From assembly GCA_037142195.1 (NCBI GenBank), contig JBAXBA010000066.1:1-21524 (forward strand): DNA of 21,524 nucleotides, in the 5' to 3' direction. Source of the stretch: Pseudomonadota bacterium. Its GTDB lineage: Bacteria > Bdellovibrionota_B > Oligoflexia > Oligoflexales > CAIMVM01. The translations under genes and the position numbers were made by a program. Each line of letters opens with the position of its first letter. The stretch's first letter is position 1. Of the stretch, positions 15,810-21,524 are shown one piece after another. The notes beneath the pieces were generated by a model. That model worked only from the letters and a program-made list of their open reading frames with translations. It ran no database searches and was not told where the DNA came from.

Positions 15810-15836
15810 GTCGTAAATAGCGGAGAATTACGACGT

Positions 15837-17012
15837 ATGATCCGAAGGTCGGTTAAGCCATCAAAAAAATTGAGTTTTTTTCTTTTTGGAGCTCGCGGAA
15901 CTGGGAAGTCTACTTGGCTCCAAGAGGCCTTTTTGCCCGAAGAACACCTTTGGATTGATTTAACCAACCCCAAAGAAGAACGTCGCTATGCGCGAAAGCC
16001 TGAAATTCTCTTGGATGAATGGCACGATTTTACAAAATCTCAGTTGACTAAATCCGTTTCCGAGCCATGGATCGTGATTGATGAAGTACAGAAAATTCCC
16101 GCAATATTAGATGTGGTCCATGTTGGAATTCAAAGACACAAAATAAAATTTGCATTGACAGGATCAAGTGCGAGAAAACTTAAACGAGGAGCCGCAAATC
16201 TATTGGCAGGTCGAGCGTTGACCTATCGAATGCATCCGTTTACATATTCTGAACTCGGTGGAATGTTTCGGTTAGATGATTACCTACAGTGGGGCGGACT
16301 GCCCATGATTCAAGGGATCGATAGTCCAGATGATCGCAGGCGTTATCTTTCTTCCTATGTTGATACTTATCTAAGAGAAGAAATTCAAATTGAGCAACTT
16401 GTTCGCAAAATCGAGCCATTTAGAATGTTTTTGGATGTGGTTGGACAGATGAACGGAGAGATCATAAATATCGCTAAACTTGCTAAACAAGCAGAGATCG
16501 ACCCGAAAAGCGGAGAGCGATATTTCGAGATTTTAAATGATACTTTAGTCGGCTTCTATCTCCCGGCTTTTGATCGATCCATTCGAAAAGCTCAGTTGAA
16601 ACATCCCAAGTTCTATATGTTCGACGTTGGTGTCGCTCGTGCGATTCGAGGCGAGCTGTCTTTGAATTTAGAACCGCATACGGGAGCCTATGGCCGTTGT
16701 TTTGAACATTTTGTCGTCCAGCAAATTTTCGCTCTAAATGATTACCACCAAGCAGGCTGGAGACTTTCTTATCTTCGTACAAAAGATGGCAATGAAGTGG
16801 ATTTAGTTATAGAACGTCCAGAGAAACCGCTTTTGTTTGTTGAAATAAAATCCTCAAATCGCCCGGAAAGTCTAAATTTGAACTCTTTTAGATCCCTTGC
16901 CAAAGATGCAAAAGCAGAAGCTGTCGTCATTTGTACGGCGGATCGAGCCATGGATCTCGACAACATCAGAGCTATGCCCTGGAGGCAATGCCTTGAAGAC
17001 TGGTTTTCTTGA
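15837..17012 (+). CDS. ATP-binding protein, AAA_14 + DUF4143 (COG1373-like) with C-terminal PD-(D/E)xK-like motif
   Basis: Walker A GARGTGKS, Walker B IDEVQ, LTGSS, LAGRA, WGGLP, KFYMFDVG, FEHFV, EVDLVIE...VEIKS. Confidence 0.9.
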   Translation: MIRRSVKPSKKLSFFLFGARGTGKSTWLQEAFLPEEHLWIDLTNPKEERRYARKPEILLDEWHDFTKSQLTKSVSEPWIVIDEVQKIPAILDVVHVGIQRHKIKFALTGSSARKLKRGAANLLAGRALTYRMHPFTYSELGGMFRLDDYLQWGGLPMIQGIDSPDDRRRYLSSYVDTYLREEIQIEQLVRKIEPFRMFLDVVGQMNGEIINIAKLAKQAEIDPKSGERYFEILNDTLVGFYLPAFDRSIRKAQLKHPKFYMFDVGVARAIRGELSLNLEPHTGAYGRCFEHFVVQQIFALNDYHQAGWRLSYLRTKDGNEVDLVIERPEKPLLFVEIKSSNRPESLNLNSFRSLAKDAKAEAVVICTADRAMDLDNIRAMPWRQCLEDWFS

Positions 17013-17083
17013 GTCTATGCAAGCCAGGGATTGAAGCAATGAACCAAAAATTTATGCAAACATATCCATTAGTCTTTTAACTA

Positions 17084-17114
17084 TAGCTTGATGCATTGAA
17101 AATGAGACATTTTT
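17084..17114 (+). repeat. IS630 left inverted repeat
   Basis: TAGCTTGATGCATTGAAAATGAGACATTTTT. Confidence 0.92.
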
Positions 17115-17173
17115 CCCTTTCAAATTATCGCGGCATATGCGAAACTCTTTGAAACTAGTGGGAAGAAGAAAAA

Positions 17174-18199
17174 ATGAAAAAAGGCGAGACACACCACTCT
17201 AATGACCTGAAGGAAAAAATTATCGCCGCGATTAAAAAAGGCGAGAGACCCTCATATATTGCGAAAAAATTCGGCATTGGGCGGGCATCTATCTATAGAT
17301 GGAAAAATCGCAAATCTAAAACTAATAGCACAGATAGGTTGCGAAGCCCCGGGAGCGGAAAATCACCCACTTTGTCTGTGAAACAGATTGACAAGGTACT
17401 AGGGCTATTAGTAGAGCCTGCCAGTTACTATGGTTTTGATTCCGACCTTTGGAGCACTGCTAAGGTCCGAACTCTGATTAAGGATAAACTTAAAGTAGAC
17501 CTGCACAGAACGACTGTTTATCGAATGCTTACTGAGCAAAATTACAGTTCAAAAAAGCCTGAGTATAGATGGAAAGAAGCAGATGTTGCTAAGCAAAAGC
17601 TATGGATTAAAAATACTATTCCCGCAATAAAACGCTATGTATCACGTCATAAGGCTGTTCTTTATTTTGTCGATGAATCAGCGATTTCGCTTTCTGCATC
17701 AAATGGGAGAACATGGGGGCCTGTCGCTCAAACAACAATTTTAAAACGAACCTCAAAAAAAGGAAGACTGAGTGTCATATCAGCGATCTCTCCTTCCAAT
17801 AGATTATATTTCTCAGTGAGGAGAAATAACATCAAATCAAATGATGTAAAGGTCTTTTTAAAGCGCCTGATGAAGTCCCATGCAGATAGAAAAATTGTAG
17901 TGGTACTGGATAATGCCTCTTCACACCATTCAAAAATTATTAGAGATCTTGAGAAAGCTAATGGGAACTTGAAGATATATTACCTTCCCGCCTATTCACC
18001 GGAATGGAATCCTGATGAAAAGGTTTGGAACCACCTAAAGAGCATTGAATTGGCCGGACATAATGCAAAAAATATAGACGATCTTGAATATTTAACGAGA
18101 AAAAAAATGCACAAAATAGCAAGAACCCCAAAGTTACTTCGAGGGATTTTTATGAGATGCGAAGTTTCTAAATTCTTTAAAAAAATGACTCATTTTTAA
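17174..18199 (+). CDS. IS630-family transposase
   Basis: N-terminal HTH (IAKKFGIGRASIYRW), second HTH (LWSTAKV), DDE motifs FVDES / LDNASSH / YSPEWNPDEKVW; no frameshift; stop codon lies inside the right IR. Confidence 0.96.
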   Translation: MKKGETHHSNDLKEKIIAAIKKGERPSYIAKKFGIGRASIYRWKNRKSKTNSTDRLRSPGSGKSPTLSVKQIDKVLGLLVEPASYYGFDSDLWSTAKVRTLIKDKLKVDLHRTTVYRMLTEQNYSSKKPEYRWKEADVAKQKLWIKNTIPAIKRYVSRHKAVLYFVDESAISLSASNGRTWGPVAQTTILKRTSKKGRLSVISAISPSNRLYFSVRRNNIKSNDVKVFLKRLMKSHADRKIVVVLDNASSHHSKIIRDLEKANGNLKIYYLPAYSPEWNPDEKVWNHLKSIELAGHNAKNIDDLEYLTRKKMHKIARTPKLLRGIFMRCEVSKFFKKMTHF

Positions 18200-18211
18200 T
18201 GCATCAAGCTA
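18181..18211 (-). repeat. IS630 right inverted repeat
   Basis: Reverse complement TAGCTTGATGCATTAAAAATGAGTCATTTTT. Confidence 0.92.
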
Positions 18212-18582
18212 TACTGGTAATTACTAGATTGCTGATAGGTATGTTAACAAGAGCCTTTGGAGTTTGGCTCCAGTGAAGATGTATTCGAAATCATTTTCAC
18301 ACCATAGATGACAGACTGAAAAGAAAAGGACCGAACTAACTCAAAGAGAAAGTAATAGCAGCAAGCCAATTAAGGATTGAGACCAACAAATCGGTCGGTT
18401 GCACTCCCAGGCTCGCTTAGACCGCCGATCAGGGAGTAGGAAGCCCTTCCTTAAAAAAACTTAAAATGTCCTTTTAAACTCCGGGAACTGCTCAATCAAC
18501 AGTTGTCCACAGAAGGAAGATTCGCAAGCCTGCCGCACAAAGCTTATGAACAGACACAGGGTTTAAAATTTGGAACCTCTCC

Positions 18583-19554
18583 CTAAAATCTAGAAATGCT
18601 TCTTTCCCCTAAAATAGCCCCGTCTGGTAATAGAACTTTTACTCTGAGTACTTCTATGTCATCCGGGAGATTTTGCTTACAGCTCCAGGTATGAAAGCTA
18701 AGTTTTTCGTCGCGTCCCTCAATATCGCGCAAGGGTATTCTGTCCACTAATTTTTCATTTACATACCATTCATGAATGAGATCTGTCTTAACCTTACGGG
18801 CGGCAATTACGGGCGACATAAAGCAAACCCCATCTTTAAAAAATGGCTTGTCGCTTCCCATATTCTGTATAAAGTTTTTTCCGTCGAAGGTGGCGCGTTC
18901 AAAGAATCCTGCCTTTTCGAGCCAAATACATACCAAAGGAAAGCGAAAAGGGGTGATTTCAAGAAAACTTCCCACAGAAAGAATCAGGCTCAAACCAAAA
19001 GGGACAAATGAAGCGAGTTGCCACTGCTTTCTAGCTGCCGCAAGCCAGGGGAATGAGAGAATCCCTGCAACGAGCCAAAAATAGCGGTAGAACTGACCAA
19101 TCATACCGGGAAATAGAAATCCCGAGAGAAAACTAACGGTTAAAAGTCCTGCCCAGGTCCTGAGCAGGGCGCGCCCTGCTGATTGGGAAGTGAAGCGATG
19201 AAACCAAGGGTCCCATAGGGTAAGGACTGCGAGGATTGTGGTGATCCCCAAGACGAACCATGCGTCGCCCAAATATAGCATGGGCAAGGAAAACATCATG
19301 ACGGTTTGTGACCAGGTTTGAAGAGATGCATTGGAAACCCATTCTAAGGATTTGGCTCCCTGGAAACGGTGGAAAACAATACTTCTTAATACATTCAGTT
19401 CCCTTACAAGAGCAAGAAGCATGGAAGCAAGGATGACGACTACAGCAAAAATCGCTATTTTGAGAGATTGGGAAAAATCCCGGCTCATGGAAACCCCAGA
19501 AAATATACCCCAAGCAAGGGAAATCCAGGGCCACAATCTTTTTATCCATTCCAT
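18583..19554 (-). CDS. Multi-pass membrane protein with C-terminal DUF2914-like domain
   Basis: About 7 hydrophobic segments with WDPW; C-terminal CFMSPV...LIHEWYVNEKLVDRIPL...SFHTWSCKQN matches the DUF2914 pattern as I recall it; SD GGAGG. Confidence 0.75.
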   Translation of the reverse strand: MEWIKRLWPWISLAWGIFSGVSMSRDFSQSLKIAIFAVVVILASMLLALVRELNVLRSIVFHRFQGAKSLEWVSNASLQTWSQTVMMFSLPMLYLGDAWFVLGITTILAVLTLWDPWFHRFTSQSAGRALLRTWAGLLTVSFLSGFLFPGMIGQFYRYFWLVAGILSFPWLAAARKQWQLASFVPFGLSLILSVGSFLEITPFRFPLVCIWLEKAGFFERATFDGKNFIQNMGSDKPFFKDGVCFMSPVIAARKVKTDLIHEWYVNEKLVDRIPLRDIEGRDEKLSFHTWSCKQNLPDDIEVLRVKVLLPDGAILGERSISRF

Positions 19555-19685
19555 AGAAAAGCCTCCCTGATTATTTTACATTGCTTTTTGAGTCGTTTAC
19601 GATATTTTTCCCATCACGTAAAGTCGATTGATTTCAAAGTAGGGTAGTCGGTCAGTCAGGGATTCAATATTCTAGAGAGGTTTTT

Positions 19686-20054
19686 ATGGCAGCAGACCCT
19701 GATCGCCCCAATACATGGCGGAAGTGGAAAAAAGGTCTTTGTGACGATTGCCAGGCATTTTGCTGCCGCATGCCAGTGGAAGTCACCCCTAGTGATTTGA
19801 TTCGCATGGGCATTTGCGGGGACTTTGATTTCGAACTCGGGACCAAACATATTCTAAAGACCTTTAAAGCTGAAATTAAATCTTTTTCCAAGAGTTCAGA
19901 AAAATATACTTTGGAGCAGCTTAGCAATAGAGATTGTTTGTATTTAGATCAAAACCGTAGATGTTCCATTTATGATCGAAGGCCAGACACGTGTCGGCGC
20001 CATCCCTTAGTAGGTCCCAGGCCGGGTTTTTGCGCCTACGAAAAGAAGACTTAA
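19686..20054 (+). CDS. YkgJ-family cysteine-cluster protein (CxxCxxxCC; putative Fe-S/Zn binding)
   Basis: CDDCQAFCC, DCLYLD, RCSIYDRRPDTCRRHP; SD GAGG. Confidence 0.88.
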   Translation: MAADPDRPNTWRKWKKGLCDDCQAFCCRMPVEVTPSDLIRMGICGDFDFELGTKHILKTFKAEIKSFSKSSEKYTLEQLSNRDCLYLDQNRRCSIYDRRPDTCRRHPLVGPRPGFCAYEKKT

Positions 20055-20425
20055 GTCTCTGAGAGTTTTTCTTAGGGAGAAGATGGATCATGCGTTGTTT
20101 CTATTTTCTTCTCTGGTTGAAATATCTTTTTTTTGGGAGGGGAGAGATATAGACGCAGCTCAGAATCTGATTGGAAACAGCGAACGATGAGCGATATTGG
20201 GTGGATAAGTTCTATTGTAATTCCATTTGGCTAGATTTGCTATCGTGGTGGCATTTAAGAAAGGTGCTAGCGCTGAGCGAAAAGAAGTAGGCTGACCGAT
20301 GGTTGGGAAAGATACGAATGGCCGCATGTGTAAAAGCGAGTCTCAGTCTAAAAGGGGCCCGCTTAGATTTTTGTAATTTAACAGATACTAAGATCAGTTT
20401 TGAAAGAAATGAAAGGGTGTGATTT

Positions 20426-20704
20426 ATGATAAAGAGTTTTCGAGTTTTAGGGTATTTAGAAGCGGCATCGTTTTTGGGCTTGCTTCTTTTTGCTATGCCT
20501 TTGAAATATATTTGGGGCGAGCCGCTTGCTGTAAGGATCTTGGGAAGTCTTCATGGAGGGCTCTTTGTCGTCTATATAATGGCGGCTCTAGTCTTAGCCG
20601 AAAAACTGGAATGGCCTCTAAAAACTCTTTTCTATGCCTGTCTCGCAGCTGTTTTGCCTCTAGGTACCATTATTTTTGACAGGAAGTTCTTGCGTCATAA
20701 ATAG
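20426..20704 (+). CDS. DUF3817-family small membrane protein
   Basis: FRV.GYLEAASFLGLLLFAMPLKY, GSLHGGLFVVY, W, AAVLPLGTIIFDR. Confidence 0.85.
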   Translation: MIKSFRVLGYLEAASFLGLLLFAMPLKYIWGEPLAVRILGSLHGGLFVVYIMAALVLAEKLEWPLKTLFYACLAAVLPLGTIIFDRKFLRHK

Positions 20705-21015
20705 AAGGCAGCCTGGTGCTTTTAAGGCATAGATCGTTGTTGGGTCTTGCTTGCATCGTCCTGATGGCGTGTTTTTTCGTTCCTAGCTCATTTGTTGCCG
20801 GCGTGAAGCCATAGAGCAGGCTCCTTCAAAAAATCGTTTTGGAAGGTTTCTGCGTGCAGCTTTAGGATTTTTTCGGTTTTAAAAGTTGATCTGTCTGGGA
20901 TTCTGGGAGCCTGCGTTCTTGTGGCTTCTATATCGCAGGCATTCTATGGTGCAGCTTTCTTCTTAAAATGGTCTCTGTCTTCTAGAAGTCCCTAGACTTA
21001 CGTTCATAGAGCCTA

Positions 21016-21524
21016 TTAGGCCCCAAGCTTCTTTTCGCCATGGGGCTGATGGTCGCAATCTTCATCGTGAATGTGGACATCTAAGGACAGCTTCGAGGGG
21101 GATTCCTCTTCTTGATGGGATTTGCCTTGCTTTTTGGCCATGATTTTTTGAGCAACATTATCACCTTTTTCTACAACGTAGATGTTTCCAACCAGAGATT
21201 GCTTCTTTTCTTCGTATAAGTTGAGACTCTTTTTTAAGGCAGCCACAAAAGGGTTGTAAAATACAGGATCAAAGTGCTCTAGGGAGTTGACTTCAAGGAG
21301 TCTTAAGGCTTCTTCTGCAGGCAGGGCCGGCTTGTAAACTCGTTCCATGAGAAGTGCAGAATAACTATCGGCAATGGCGACTATTCTAGCAAAGGGGTGG
21401 ATGCCGTTTTCAGCGTTCTCTTCAAGGCGCCCTTTCTTACCGTAGGGATATCCTTTCCCTGAAAATCGTTCGTGATGCTGAAGGGCAACTTCCGCAACAA
21501 TTTTTTCTATGGAGGCACCCTCAT
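21016..21524 (-). CDS. HD-GYP domain protein (putative c-di-GMP phosphodiesterase), C-terminal part; 5' end outside the window
   Basis: The frame of the track's 21016..21348 ORF stays open to the window edge: ALQHHERFSGKGYPYG...IHPFARIVAIADSYSALLMERVYK...HFDP. Confidence 0.92.
   Translation of the reverse strand, partial: EGASIEKIVAEVALQHHERFSGKGYPYGKKGRLEENAENGIHPFARIVAIADSYSALLMERVYKPALPAEEALRLLEVNSLEHFDPVFYNPFVAALKKSLNLYEEKKQSLVGNIYVVEKGDNVAQKIMAKKQGKSHQEEESPSKLSLDVHIHDEDCDHQPHGEKKLGA

Larger units (their letters stand above)
17084..18211 (+). mobile_element. Complete IS630-family insertion sequence (1128 bp)
   Basis: 31-bp terminal inverted repeats (29/31 match) at 17084-17114 and 18181-18211, flanked by TA at 17082-17083 and 18212-18213; one transposase ORF. 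Confidence 0.95.

Noticed and set aside
18214..18582. Gene interrupted by IS630 or small RNA in the flank
   Set aside because: Joining the flanks gives no convincing ORF, and I see no recognisable RNA structure.
20055..21015. Riboswitch, sRNA or small ORFs in the two long intergenic regions around DUF3817
   Set aside because: No c-di-GMP riboswitch or other known motif recognised; only a 7-bp stem (20909-20940) and a 9-codon ORF, within chance expectation.
1..21524. CRISPR array, tRNA, rRNA or prophage genes
   Set aside because: No regularly spaced repeats, cloverleaf or rRNA-like sequence, or phage hallmark proteins seen.

Overview
Bacterial chromosomal window. Gene style (lipoprotein S1 protease with LRRs, lipoprotein M23, exported M14 peptidase, sigma28-type promoters on non-flagellar genes) suggests Bdellovibrionota/Oligoflexia; this taxonomy is inference only. 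The main feature is at the left end: a tightly coupled minus-strand operon behind a near-consensus sigma28 (FliA) promoter. It encodes a PEGA/TPR lipoprotein, MotA, a short MotB and a gene missing from the ORF track (<1..1289). That gene reads as a natural fusion of a stripped-down FliF (signal peptide, one ring-building-like periplasmic domain, one TM, FliF C-terminal helix) directly to FliG N and M domains, with the FliM-binding EHPQ motif degenerate. It looks like a self-contained minimal stator-plus-rotor module, possibly a non-flagellar rotary motor. The rest holds a sigma28-preceded cytochrome c lipoprotein, map, a variant M23 peptidase, an S1 protease-LRR lipoprotein, mnmA, lgt, an alpha/beta hydrolase, a predicted outer-membrane protein and an MpaA-like M14 peptidase. 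A small accessory patch follows (IS66 remnant, AAA_14/DUF4143 ATPase, intact IS630 with 31-bp IRs and TA duplication), then DUF2914, YkgJ, DUF3817 and the 3' end of an HD-GYP gene. All family calls are from motif recognition by eye; no searches were run.
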